From Eledone cirrhosa (Eukaryota), in the NCBI GenBank assembly GCA_964016885.1, contig OZ024740.1, positions 40,548,001 to 40,612,000 on the forward strand: a DNA stretch of 64,000 nt. The letters are read 5' to 3'. The translations under genes were made by a program, and so were the position numbers. The notes under the pieces were generated by a model, which searched no databases, was not told the origin of the DNA, and saw only the letters and a list, made by a program, of their open reading frames with translations. Positions 25,801 to 41,100 of the stretch are shown here, piece after piece. Numbering within the stretch: the stretch's first letter is position 1; every line of letters begins with the position of its first letter.

Positions 25801-28800
25801 TCTATCTTCAATCCATTGGATCTTGAAAAACTGCCATTATTATTGCCTAAATATTTTGGGTAAAACAAAGCATGTTTTCCTAAGCACTGCATCTTATATA
25901 TCAACTGATAAGTAAAACTTGCTACTTACAGAGTAATATTCACCTTAGTTTTGTATGCTGGAATTAAAGTGTTTACAAAACAAGCCAAAATTGATGATGT
26001 GCAACACATGACAACTACTAATTTGTCTTGTTAATTATATATATTACCATACCAACATTCTCATTACAGTGATATTATCAAAATCTTGAAACATAAGAAA
26101 ATGCTATATACTAAATTGAAATTTCATTTCATTGTCTGAGTAAAATATTCAATTTACAGAAAATTAACCTCAGAAGTTAAGAATAAAAAATTAAAAGATT
26201 TTATTATCTTACTGATAGTTGTATTTTCCTTTAATGTCGATCACATCTGCCAATAAATGAAACACAGAAACACACACACAAACTCATTTTTAACACAAAG
26301 TTAAGCTAGGAAACACTTGTGAGAAATATATTCAAATCTAAAGAATTATGGTTTTTATGTAGAAATTAGAATACACTTACATTAATTTTTCCAACTAGTC
26401 CAATACCTTAAATGAATCAGTTGTAGAGACAAAAAAAAATATCCATAACCTTTACAGTTATGTATTGACAATATATTCTGTATTTACTAAACGATTACAA
26501 AACTATGGTTTAAATATTCCTTAAACTATCAATTTAACATTTCAAAAGACCAACAGAAAATAGAAATGAAGATGTCTTATCTGATGGAAATATTCTACTT
26601 TGCCCTTTTCATGTCAGCATTATATCTGCCAAGGATAAAAAATTACACAAACACACACACATATGCAGTCAAAAAGGCTACATCAATTTTAATGCACAGA
26701 AAAGCAATTTCATGTTATATTAAAATTGTTTATCATTTTACATTCCATGTTCAAGTTATACTGACATTCACTAAAGTTGGAAAACAGTTTCATACCAGCA
26801 CAATTTCAATCTTTCTGCCTTGAATCCACATCATTTCTCTAAACACTTTCCATTTTCAGTACCTAAACCTTTTCTGTGAAACAAATAGAGCATGTTTTCC
26901 GAAACACTACAAACTAGTTGAAAGGAAAGAATTCTTTCTTACACTACAATATTCAAATATATTATTTCAACAACAAACCTACATGTATAATATAATACAT
27001 ATCAAGAGTCATTCTATACAGATAATATCTATACTACAATGAGACACAAAATGTTTATGTTATAATTACAGAAGCATGTTATTTTAAGATGAAAATGTTT
27101 AATCTGAAATTAATTTACATCAATGAAAAATAGAAATTCACAATCACAGAATCAAAATTTATCATACATATTAATCATGCAAGAAATGTGAAGTAAAAAA
27201 AAAATTAATTCACAAAAACAAATATTTAGCTTATCTTTGTTGGCTTTCATGTATTTTGTGTTATATTGTTGATCACATCTGTCAAGAAACAAAATAGAGA
27301 GAAACACACACACACACACACACACATACATATATATATTTTAAACATTCTTATAATGAATGTGAATTATATCTAAAATGTTAAGAATTATAACTTTCAA
27401 GTAGAAAACTGAAAAACACTTACAGGAAACTTTCAAACTACTCCAATTCCTTAAATGAGAATAATTTAGGAGAAAAACAATCTTATAACCTACATACGTA
27501 GAAAAGAATTAGGAAATTTGTTTTTTTCACATATCTATCAAGGACATTATATAAAATATTTACTTTAACACACCAAAAGACCAATAGTTAATAGAGAGGA
27601 AGGAAAAACATCTTAGCTTAGTGAACGGTTCTATCTGATCTCCTGTATGTCATCTTTACATCTGCTAATGATAGAAACTTACATACATAGCCAGAAAATA
27701 ATAATATACTTAGAAGTCAATAATTTCACTGTTATATTGATATTATATATTATTTGGCATTCACACATACTAATAGAAAAGAATTGATCATACCGCACAA
27801 TTTCAATGCTTCTATCTTCAATCCATTGGATCTTGAAAAACTGCCATTATTATTGCCTAAATATTTTGGGTAAAACAAAGCATGTTTTCCTAAGCACTGC
27901 ATCTTATATATCAACTGATAAGTAAAACTTGCTACTTACAGAGTAATATTCACCTTAGTTTTGTATGCTGGAATTAAAGTGTTTACAAAACAAGCCAAAA
28001 TTGATGATGTGCAACACATGACAACTACTAATTTGTCTTGTTAATTATATATATTACCATACCAACATTCTCATTACAGTGATATTATCAAAATCTTGAA
28101 ACATAAGAAAATGCTATATACTAAATTGAAATTTCATTTCATTGTCTGAGTAAAATATTCAATTTACAGAAAATTAACCTCAGAAGTTAAGAATAAAAAA
28201 TTAAAAGATTTTATTATCTTACTGATAGTTGTATTTTCCTTTAATGTCGATCACATCTGCCAATAAATGAAACACAGAAACACACACACAAACTCATTTT
28301 TAACACAAAGTTAAGCTAGGAAACACTTGTGAGAAATATATTCAAATCTAAAGAATTATGGTTTTTATGTAGAAATTAGAATACACTTACATTAATTTTT
28401 CCAACTAGTCCAATACCTTAAATGAATCAGTTGTAGAGACAAAAAAAAATATCCATAACCTTTACAGTTATGTATTGACAATATATTCTGTATTTACTAA
28501 ACGATTACAAAACTATGGTTTAAATATTCCTTAAACTATCAATTTAACATTTCAAAAGACCAACAGAAAATAGAAATGAAGATGTCTTATCTGATGGAAA
28601 TATTCTACTTTGCCCTTTTCATGTCAGCATTATATCTGCCAAGGATAAAAAATTACACAAACACACACACATATGCAGTCAAAAAGGCTACATCAATTTT
28701 AATGCACAGAAAAGCAATTTCATGTTATATTAAAATTGTTTATCATTTTACATTCCATGTTCAAGTTATACTGACATTCACTAAAGTTGGAAAACAGTTT

Positions 28801-31800
28801 CATACCAGCACAATTTCAATCTTTCTGCCTTGAATCCACATCATTTCTCTAAACACTTTCCATTTTCAGTACCTAAACCTTTTCTGTGAAACAAATAGAG
28901 CATGTTTTCCGAAACACTACAAACTAGTTGAAAGGAAAGAATTCTTTCTTACACTACAATATTCAAATATATTATTTCAACAACAAACCTACATGTATAA
29001 TATAATACATATCAAGAGTCATTCTATACAGATAATATCTATACTACAATGAGACACAAAATGTTTATGTTATAATTACAGAAGCATGTTATTTTAAGAT
29101 GAAAATGTTTAATCTGAAATTAATTTACATCAATGAAAAATAGAAATTCACAATCACAGAATCAAAATTTATCATACATATTAATCATGCAAGAAATGTG
29201 AAGTAAAAAAAAAATTAATTCACAAAAACAAATATTTAGCTTATCTTTGTTGGCTTTCATGTATTTTGTGTTATATTGTTGATCACATCTGTCAAGAAAC
29301 AAAATAGAGAGAAACACACACACACACACACACACATACATATATATATTTTAAACATTCTTATAATGAATGTGAATTATATCTAAAATGTTAAGAATTA
29401 TAACTTTCAAGTAGAAAACTGAAAAACACTTACAGGAAACTTTCAAACTACTCCAATTCCTTAAATGAGAATAATTTAGGAGAAAAACAATCTTATAACC
29501 TACATACGTAGAAAAGAATTAGGAAATTTGTTTTTTTCACATATCTATCAAGGACATTATATAAAATATTTACTTTAACACACCAAAAGACCAATAGTTA
29601 ATAGAGAGGAAGGAAAAACATCTTAGCTTAGTGAACGGTTCTATCTGATCTCCTGTATGTCATCTTTACATCTGCTAATGATAGAAACTTACATACATAG
29701 CCAGAAAATAATAATATACTTAGAAGTCAATAATTTCACTGTTATATTGATATTATATATTATTTGGCATTCACACATACTAATAGAAAAGAATTGATCA
29801 TACCGCACAATTTCAATGCTTCTATCTTCAATCCATTGGATCTTGAAAAACTGCCATTATTATTGCCTAAATATTTTGGGTAAAACAAAGCATGTTTTCC
29901 TAAGCACTGCATCTTATATATCAACTGATAAGTAAAACTTGCTACTTACAGAGTAATATTCACCTTAGTTTTGTATGCTGGAATTAAAGTGTTTACAAAA
30001 CAAGCCAAAATTGATGATGTGCAACACATGACAACTACTAATTTGTCTTGTTAATTATATATATTACCATACCAACATTCTCATTACAGTGATATTATCA
30101 AAATCTTGAAACATAAGAAAATGCTATATACTAAATTGAAATTTCATTTCATTGTCTGAGTAAAATATTCAATTTACAGAAAATTAACCTCAGAAGTTAA
30201 GAATAAAAAATTAAAAGATTTTATTATCTTACTGATAGTTGTATTTTCCTTTAATGTCGATCACATCTGCCAATAAATGAAACACAGAAACACACACACA
30301 AACTCATTTTTAACACAAAGTTAAGCTAGGAAACACTTGTGAGAAATATATTCAAATCTAAAGAATTATGGTTTTTATGTAGAAATTAGAATACACTTAC
30401 ATTAATTTTTCCAACTAGTCCAATACCTTAAATGAATCAGTTGTAGAGACAAAAAAAAATATCCATAACCTTTACAGTTATGTATTGACAATATATTCTG
30501 TATTTACTAAACGATTACAAAACTATGGTTTAAATATTCCTTAAACTATCAATTTAACATTTCAAAAGACCAACAGAAAATAGAAATGAAGATGTCTTAT
30601 CTGATGGAAATATTCTACTTTGCCCTTTTCATGTCAGCATTATATCTGCCAAGGATAAAAAATTACACAAACACACACACATATGCAGTCAAAAAGGCTA
30701 CATCAATTTTAATGCACAGAAAAGCAATTTCATGTTATATCAAAATTGTTTATCATTTTACATTCCATGTTCAAGTTATACTGACATTCACTAAAGTTGG
30801 AAAACAGTTTCATACCAGCACAATTTCAATCTTTCTGCCTTGAATTCACATCATTTCTCTAAACACTTTCCATTTTCAGTACCTAAACCTTTTCTGTGAA
30901 ACAAATAGAGCAGGTTTTCCGAAACACTACAAACTAGTTGAAAGGAAAGAATTCTTTCTTACACTACAATATTAAAATATATTATTTCAACAACAAACCT
31001 ACATGTATAATATAATACATATCAAGAGTCATTCTATACAGATAATATCTATACTACAATGAGACACAAAATGTTTATGTTATAATTACAGAAGCATGTT
31101 ATTTTAAGAAGAAAATGTTTAATCTGAAATTAATTTACATCAATGAAAAATAGAAATTCACAATCACAGAATCAAAATTTATCATACATATTAATCATGC
31201 AAGAAATGTGAAGTAAAAAAAAAATTAATTCACAAAAACAAATATTTAGCTTATCTTTGTTGGCTTTCATGTATTTTGTGTTATATTGTTGATCACATCT
31301 GTCAAGAAACAAAATAGAGAGAAACAGACACACACACACACACACACACATACATATATATATTTTAAACATTCTTATAATGAATGTGAATTATATCTAA
31401 AATGTTAAGAATTATAACTTTCAAGTAGAAAACTGAAAAACACTTACAGTAAACTTTCAAACTACTCCAATTCCTTAAATGAGAATAATTTAGGAGAAAA
31501 ACAATCTTATAACCTACATACGTAGAAAAGAATTAGGAAATTTGTTTTTTTCACATATCGATCAAGGACATTATATAAAATATTTACTTTAACACACCAA
31601 AAGACCAATAGTTAATAGAGAGGAAGGAAAAACATCTTAGCTTAGTGAACGGTTCTATCTGATCTCCTGTATGTCATCTTTACATCTGCTAATGATAGAA
31701 ACTTACATACATAGCCAGAAAATAATAATATACTTAGAAGTCAATAATTTCACTGTTATATTGATATTATATATTATTTGGCATTCACACATACTAATAG

Positions 31801-32166
31801 AAAAGAATTGATCATACCGCACAATTTCAATGCTTCTATCTTCAATCCATTGGATCTTGAAAAACTGCCATTATTATTGCCTAAATATTTTGGGTAAAAC
31901 AAAGCATGTTTTCCTAAGCACTGCATCTTATATATCAACTGATAAGTAAAACTTGCTACTTACAGAGTAATATTCACCTTAGTTTTGTATGCTGGAATTA
32001 AAGTGTTTACAAAACAAGCCAAAATTGATGATGTGCAACACATGACAACTACTAATTTGTCTTGTTAATTATATATATTACCATACCAACATTCTCATTA
32101 CAGTGATATTATCAAAATCTTGAAACATAAGAAAATGCTATATACTAAATTGAAATTTCATTTCAT

Positions 32167-35100
32167 TGTCTGAGTAAAATATTCAATTTACAGAAAATTA
32201 ACCTCAGAAGTTAAGAATAAAAAATTAAAAGATTTTATTATCTTACTGATAGTTGTATTTTCCTTTAATGTCGATCACATCTGCCAATAAATGAAACACA
32301 GAAACACACACACAAACTCATTTTTAACACAAAGTTAAGCTAGGAAACACTTGTGAGAAATATATTCAAATCTAAAGAATTATGGTTTTTATGTAGAAAT
32401 TAGAATACACTTACATTAATTTTTCCAACTAGTCCAATACCTTAAATGAATCAGTTGTAGAGACAAAAAAAAATATCCATAACCTTTACAGTTATGTATT
32501 GACAATATATTCTGTATTTACTAAACGATTACAAAACTATGGTTTAAATATTCCTTAAACTATCAATTTAACATTTCAAAAGACCAACAGAAAATAGAAA
32601 TGAAGATGTCTTATCTGATGGAAATATTCTACTTTGCCCTTTTCATGTCAGCATTATATCTGCCAAGGATAAAAAATTACACAAACACACACACATATGC
32701 AGTCAAAAAGGCTACATCAATTTTAATGCACAGAAAAGCAATTTCATGTTATATTAAAATTGTTTATCATTTTACATTCCATGTTCAAGTTATACTGACA
32801 TTCACTAAAGTTGGAAAACAGTTTCATACCAGCACAATTTCAATCTTTCTGCCTTGAATCCACATCATTTCTCTAAACACTTTCCATTTTCAGTACCTAA
32901 ACCTTTTCTGTGAAACAAATAGAGCATGTTTTCCGAAACACTACAAACTAGTTGAAAGGAAAGAATTCTTTCTTACACTACAATATTAAAATATATTATT
33001 TCAACAACAAACCTACATGTATAATATAATACATATCAAGAGTCATTCTATACAGATAATATCTATACTACAATGAGACACAAAATGTTTATGTTATAAT
33101 TACAGAAGCATGTTATTTTAAGAAGAAAATGTTTAATCTGAAATTAATTTACATCAATGAAAAATAGAAATTCACAATCACAGAATCAAAATTTATCATA
33201 CATATTAATCATGCAAGAAATGTGAAGTAAAAAAAAAATTAATTCACAAAAACAAATATTTAGCTTATCTTTGTTGGCTTTCATGTATTTTGTGTTATAT
33301 TGTTGATCACATCTGTCAAGAAACAAAATAGAGAGAAACAGACACACACACACACACACACATACATATATATATTTTAAACATTCTTATAATGAATGTG
33401 AATTATATCTAAAATGTTAAGAATTATAACTTTCAAGTAGAAAACTGAAAAACACTTACAGTAAACTTTCAAACTACTCCAATTCCTTAAATGAGAATAA
33501 TTTAGGAGAAAAACAATCTTATAACCTACATACGTAGAAAAGAATTAGGAAATTTGTTTTTTTCACATATCGATCAAGGACATTATATAAAATATTTACT
33601 TTAACACACCAAAAGACCAATAGTTAATAGAGAGGAAGGAAAAACATCTTAGCTTAGTGAACGGTTCTATCTGATCTCCTGTATGTCATCTTTACATCTG
33701 CTAATGATAGAAACTTACATACATAGCCAGAAAATAATAATATACTTAGAAGTCAATAATTTCACTGTTATATTGATATTATATATTATTTGGCATTCAC
33801 ACATACTAATAGAAAAGAATTGATCATACCGCACAATTTCAATGCTTCTATCTTCAATCCATTGGATCTTGAAAAACTGCCATTATTATTGCCTAAATAT
33901 TTTGGGTAAAACAAAGCATGTTTTCCTAAGCACTGCATCTTATATATCAACTGATAAGTAAAACTTGCTACTTACAGAGTAATATTCACCTTAGTTTTGT
34001 ATGCTGGAATTAAAGTGTTTACAAAACAAGCCAAAATTGATGATGTGCAACACATGACAACTACTAATTTGTCTTGTTAATTATATATATTACCATACCA
34101 ACATTCTCATTACAGTGATATTATCAAAATCTTGAAACATAAGAAAATGCTATATACTAAATTGAAATTTCATTTCATTGTCTGAGTAAAATATTCAATT
34201 TACAGAAAATTAACCTCAGAAGTTAAGAATAAAAAATTAAAAGATTTTATTATCTTACTGATAGTTGTATTTTCCTTTAATGTCGATCACATCTGCCAAT
34301 AAATGAAACACAGAAACACACACACAAACTCATTTTTAACACAAAGTTAAGCTAGGAAACACTTGTGAGAAATATATTCAAATCTAAAGAATTATGGTTT
34401 TTATGTAGAAATTAGAATACACTTACATTAATTTTTCCAACTAGTCCAATACCTTAAATGAATCAGTTGTAGAGACAAAAAAAAATATCCATAACCTTTA
34501 CAGTTATGTATTGACAATATATTCTGTATTTACTAAACGATTACAAAACTATGGTTTAAATATTCCTTAAACTATCAATTTAACATTACAAAAGACCAAC
34601 AGAAAATAGAAATGAAGATGTCTTATCTGATGGAAATATTCTACTTTGCCCTTTTCATGTCAGCATTATATCTGCCAAGGATAAAAAATTACACAAACAC
34701 ACACACATATGCAGTCAAAAAGGCTACATCAATTTTAATGCACAGAAAAGCAATTTCATGTTATATTAAAATTGTTTATCATTTTACATTCCATGTTCAA
34801 GTTATACTGACATTCACTAAAGTTGGAAAACAGTTTCATACCAGCACAATTTCAATCTTTCTGCCTTGAATCCACATCATTTCTCTAAACACTTTCCATT
34901 TTCAGTACCTAAACCTTTTCTGTGAAACAAATAGAGCATGTTTTCCGAAACACTACAAACTAGTTGAAAGGAAAGAAATCTTTCTTACACTACAATATTC
35001 AAATATATTATTTCAACAACAAACCTACATGTATAATATAATACATATCAAGAGTCATTCTATACAGATAATATCTATACTACAATGAGACACAAAATGT

Positions 35101-38100
35101 TTATGTTATAATTACAGAAGCATGTTATTTTAAGATGAAAATGTTTAATCTGAAATTAATTTACATCAATGAAAAATAGAAATTCACAATCACAGAATCA
35201 AAATTTATCATACATATTAATCATGCAAGAAATGTGAAGTAAAAAAAAAATTAATTCACAAAAACAAATATTTAGCTTATCTTTGTTGGCTTTCATGTAT
35301 TTTGTGTTATATTGTTGATCACATCTGTCAAGAAACAAAATAGAGAGAAACAGACACACACACACACACACACATACATATATATATTTTAAACATTCTT
35401 ATAATGAATGTGAATTATATCTAAAATGTTAAGAATTATAACTTTCAAGTAGAAAACTGAAAAACACTTACAGTAAACTTTCAAACTACTCCAATTCCTT
35501 AAATGAGAATAATTTAGGAGAAAAACAATCTTATAACCTACATACGTAGAAAAGAATTAGGAAATTTGTTTTTTTCACATATCGATCAAGGACATTATAT
35601 AAAATATTTACTTTAACACACCAAAAGACCAATAGTTAATAGAGAGGAAGGAAAAACATCTTAGCTTAGTGAACGGTTCTATCTGATCTCCTGTATGTCA
35701 TCTTTACATCTGCTAATGATAGAAACTTACATACATAGCCAGAAAATAATAATATACTTAGAAGTCAATAATTTCACTGTTATATTGATATTATATATTA
35801 TTTGGCATTCACACATACTAATAGAAAAGAATTGATCATACCGCACAATTTCAATGCTTCTATCTTCAATCCATTGGATCTTGAAAAACTGCCATTATTA
35901 TTGCCTAAATATTTTGGGTAAAACAAAGCATGTTTTCCTAAGCACTGCATCTTATATATCAACTGATAAGTAAAACTTGCTACTTACAGAGTAATATTCA
36001 CCTTAGTTTTGTATGCTGGAATTAAAGTGTTTACAAAACAAGCCAAAATTGATGATGTGCAACACATGACAACTACTAATTTGTCTTGTTAATTATATAT
36101 ATTACCATACCAACATTCTCATTACAGTGATATTATCAAAATCTTGAAACATAAGAAAATGCTATATACTAAATTGAAATTTCATTTCATTGTCTGAGTA
36201 AAATATTCAATTTACAGAAAATTAACCTCAGAAGTTAAGAATAAAAAATTAAAAGATTTTATTATCTTACTGATAGTTGTATTTTCCTTTAATGTCGATC
36301 ACATCTGCCAATAAATGAAACACAGAAACACACACACAAACTCATTTTTAACACAAAGTTAAGCTAGGAAACACTTGTGAGAAATATATTCAAATCTAAA
36401 GAATTATGGTTTTTATGTAGAAATTAGAATACACTTACATTAATTTTTCCAACTAGTCCAATACCTTAAATGAATCAGTTGTAGAGACAAAAAAAAATAT
36501 CCATAACCTTTACAGTTATGTATTGACAATATATTCTGTATTTACTAAACGATTACAAAACTATGGTTTAAATATTCCTTAAACTATCAATTTAACATTA
36601 CAAAAGACCAACAGAAAATAGAAATGAAGATGTCTTATCTGATGGAAATATTCTACTTTGCCCTTTTCATGTCAGCATTATATCTGCCAAGGATAAAAAA
36701 TTACACAAACACACACACATATGCAGTCAAAAAGGCTACATCAATTTTAATGCACAGAAAAGCAATTTCATGTTATATTAAAATTGTTTATCATTTTACA
36801 TTCCATGTTCAAGTTATACTGACATTCACTAAAGTTGGAAAACAGTTTCATACCAGCACAATTTCAATCTTTCTGCCTTGAATCCACATCATTTCTCTAA
36901 ACACTTTCCATTTTCAGTACCTAAACCTTTTCTGTGAAACAAATAGAGCATGTTTTCCGAAACACTACAAACTAGTTGAAAGGAAAGAAATCTTTCTTAC
37001 ACTACAATATTCAAATATATTATTTCAACAACAAACCTACATGTATAATATAATACATATCAAGAGTCATTCTATACAGATAATATCTATACTACAATGA
37101 GACACAAAATGTTTATGTTATAATTACAGAAGCATGTTATTTTAAGATGAAAATGTTTAATCTGAAATTAATTTACATCAATGAAAAATAGAAATTCACA
37201 ATCACAGAATCAAAATTTATCATACATATTAATCATGCAAGAAATGTGAAGTAAAAAAAAAATTAATTCACAAAAACAAATATTTAGCTTATCTTTGTTG
37301 GCTTTCATGTATTTTGTGTTATATTGTTGATCACATCTGTCAAGAAACAAAATAGAGAGAAACAGACACACACACACACACACACATACATATATATATT
37401 TTAAACATTCTTATAATGAATGTGAATTATATCTAAAATGTTAAGAATTATAACTTTCAAGTAGAAAACTGAAAAACACTTACAGTAAACTTTCAAACTA
37501 CTCCAATTCCTTAAATGAGAATAATTTAGGAGAAAAACAATCTTATAACCTACATACGTAGAAAAGAATTAGGAAATTTGTTTTTTTCACATATCGATCA
37601 AGGACATTATATAAAATATTTACTTTAACACACCAAAAGACCAATAGTTAATAGAGAGGAAGGAAAAACATCTTAGCTTAGTGAACGGTTCTATCTGATC
37701 TCCTGTATGTCATCTTTACATCTGCTAATGATAGAAACTTACATACATAGCCAGAAAATAATAATATACTTAGAAGTCAATAATTTCACTGTTATATTGA
37801 TATTATATATTATTTGGCATTCACACATACTAATAGAAAAGAATTGATCATACCGCACAATTTCAATGCTTCTATCTTCAATCCATTGGATCTTGAAAAA
37901 CTGCCATTATTATTGCCTAAATATTTTGGGTAAAACAAAGCATGTTTTCCTAAGCACTGCATCTTATATATCAACTGATAAGTAAAACTTGCTACTTACA
38001 GAGTAATATTCACCTTAGTTTTGTATGCTGGAATTAAAGTGTTTACAAAACAAGCCAAAATTGATGATGTGCAACACATGACAACTACTAATTTGTCTTG

Positions 38101-41100
38101 TTAATTATATATATTACCATACCAACATTCTCATTACAGTGATATTATCAAAATCTTGAAACATAAGAAAATGCTATATACTAAATTGAAATTTCATTTC
38201 ATTGTCTGAGTAAAATATTCAATTTACAGAAAATTAACCTCAGAAGTTAAGAATAAAAAATTAAAAGATTTTATTATCTTACTGATAGTTGTATTTTCCT
38301 TTAATGTCGATCACATCTGCCAATAAATGAAACACAGAAACACACACACAAACTCATTTTTAACACAAAGTTAAGCTAGGAAACACTTGTGAGAAATATA
38401 TTCAAATCTAAAGAATTATGGTTTTTATGTAGAAATTAGAATACACTTACATTAATTTTTCCAACTAGTCCAATACCTTAAATGAATCAGTTGTAGAGAC
38501 AAAAAAAAATATCCATAACCTTTACAGTTATGTATTGACAATATATTCTGTATTTACTAAACGATTACAAAACTATGGTTTAAATATTCCTTAAACTATC
38601 AATTTAACATTTCAAAAGACCAACAGAAAATAGAAATGAAGATGTCTTATCTGATGGAAATATTCTACTTTGCCCTTTTCATGTCAGCATTATATCTGCC
38701 AAGGATAAAAAATTACACAAACACACACACATATGCAGTCAAAAAGGCTACATCAATTTTAATGCACAGAAAAGCAATTTCATGTTATATTAAAATTGTT
38801 TATCATTTTACATTCCATGTTCAAGTTATACTGACATTCACTAAAGTTGGAAAACAGTTTCATACCAGCACAATTTCAATCTTTCTGCCTTGAATCCACA
38901 TCATTTCTCTAAACACTTTCCATTTTCAGTACCTAAACCTTTTCTGTGAAACAAATAGAGCAGGTTTTCCGAAACACTACAAACTAGTTGAAAGGAAAGA
39001 ATTCTTTCTTACACTACAATATTCAAATATATTATTTCAACAACAAACCTACATGTATAATATAATACATATCAAGAGTCATTCTATACAGATAATATCT
39101 ATACTACAATGAGACACAAAATGTTTATGTTATAATTACAGAAGCATGTTATTTTAAGATGAAAATGTTTAATCTGAAATTAATTTACATCAATGAAAAA
39201 TAGAAATTCACAATCACAGAATCAAAATTTATCATACATATTAATCATGCAAGAAATGTGAAGTAAAAAAAAAATTAATTCACAAAAACAAATATTTAGC
39301 TTATCTTTGTTGGCTTTCATGTATTTTGTGTTATATTGTTGATCACATCTGTCAAGAAACAAAATAGAGAGAAACACACACACACACACACACACACATA
39401 CATATATATATTTTAAACATTCTTATAATGAATGTGAATTATATCTAAAATGTTAAGAATTATAACTTTCAAGTAGAAAACTGAAAAACACTTACAGGAA
39501 ACTTTCAAACTACTCCAATTCCTTAAATGAGAATAATTTAGGAGAAAAACAATCTTATAACCTACATACGTAGAAAAGAATTAGGAAATTTGTTTTTTTC
39601 ACATATCTATCAAGGACATTATATAAAATATTTACTTTAACACACCAAAAGACCAATAGTTAATAGAGAGGAAGGAAAAACATCTTAGCTTAGTGAACGG
39701 TTCTATCTGATCTCCTGTATGTCATCTTTACATCTGCTAATGATAGAAACTTACATACATAGCCAGAAAATAATAATATACTTAGAAGTCAATAATTTCA
39801 CTGTTATATTGATATTATATATTATTTGGCATTCACACATACTAATAGAAAAGAATTGATCATACCGCACAATTTCAATGCTTCTATCTTCAATCCATTG
39901 GATCTTGAAAAACTGCCATTATTATTGCCTAAATATTTTGGGTAAAACAAAGCATGTTTTCCTAAGCACTGCATCTTATATATCAACTGATAAGTAAAAC
40001 TTGCTACTTACAGAGTAATATTCACCTTAGTTTTGTATGCTGGAATTAAAGTGTTTACAAAACAAGCCAAAATTGATGATGTGCAACACATGACAACTAC
40101 TAATTTGTCTTGTTAATTATATATATTACCATACCAACATTCTCATTACAGTGATATTATCAAAATCTTGAAACATAAGAAAATGCTATATACTAAATTG
40201 AAATTTCATTTCATTGTCTGAGTAAAATATTCAATTTACAGAAAATTAACCTCAGAAGTTAAGAATAAAAAATTAAAAGATTTTATTATCTTACTGATAG
40301 TTGTATTTTCCTTTAATGTCGATCACATCTGCCAATAAATGAAACACAGAAACACACACACAAACTCATTTTTAACACAAAGTTAAGCTAGGAAACACTT
40401 GTGAGAAATATATTCAAATCTAAAGAATTATGGTTTTTATGTAGAAATTAGAATACACTTACATTAATTTTTCCAACTAGTCCAATACCTTAAATGAATC
40501 AGTTGTAGAGACAAAAAAAAATATCCATAACCTTTACAGTTATGTATTGACAATATATTCTGTATTTACTAAACGATTACAAAACTATGGTTTAAATATT
40601 CCTTAAACTATCAATTTAACATTACAAAAGACCAACAGAAAATAGAAATGAAGATGTCTTATCTGATGGAAATATTCTACTTTGCCCTTTTCATGTCAGC
40701 ATTATATCTGCCAAGGATAAAAAATTACACAAACACACACACATATGCAGTCAAAAAGGCTACATCAATTTTAATGCACAGAAAAGCAATTTCATGTTAT
40801 ATTAAAATTGTTTATCATTTTACATTCCATGTTCAAGTTATACTGACATTCACTAAAGTTGGAAAACAGTTTCATACCAGCACAATTTCAATCTTTCTGC
40901 CTTGAATCCACATCATTTCTCTAAACACTTTCCATTTTCAGTACCTAAACCTTTTCTGTGAAACAAATAGAGCATGTTTTCCGAAACACTACAAACTAGT
41001 TGAAAGGAAAGAAATCTTTCTTACACTACAATATTCAAATATATTATTTCAACAACAAACCTACATGTATAATATAATACATATCAAGAGTCATTCTATA

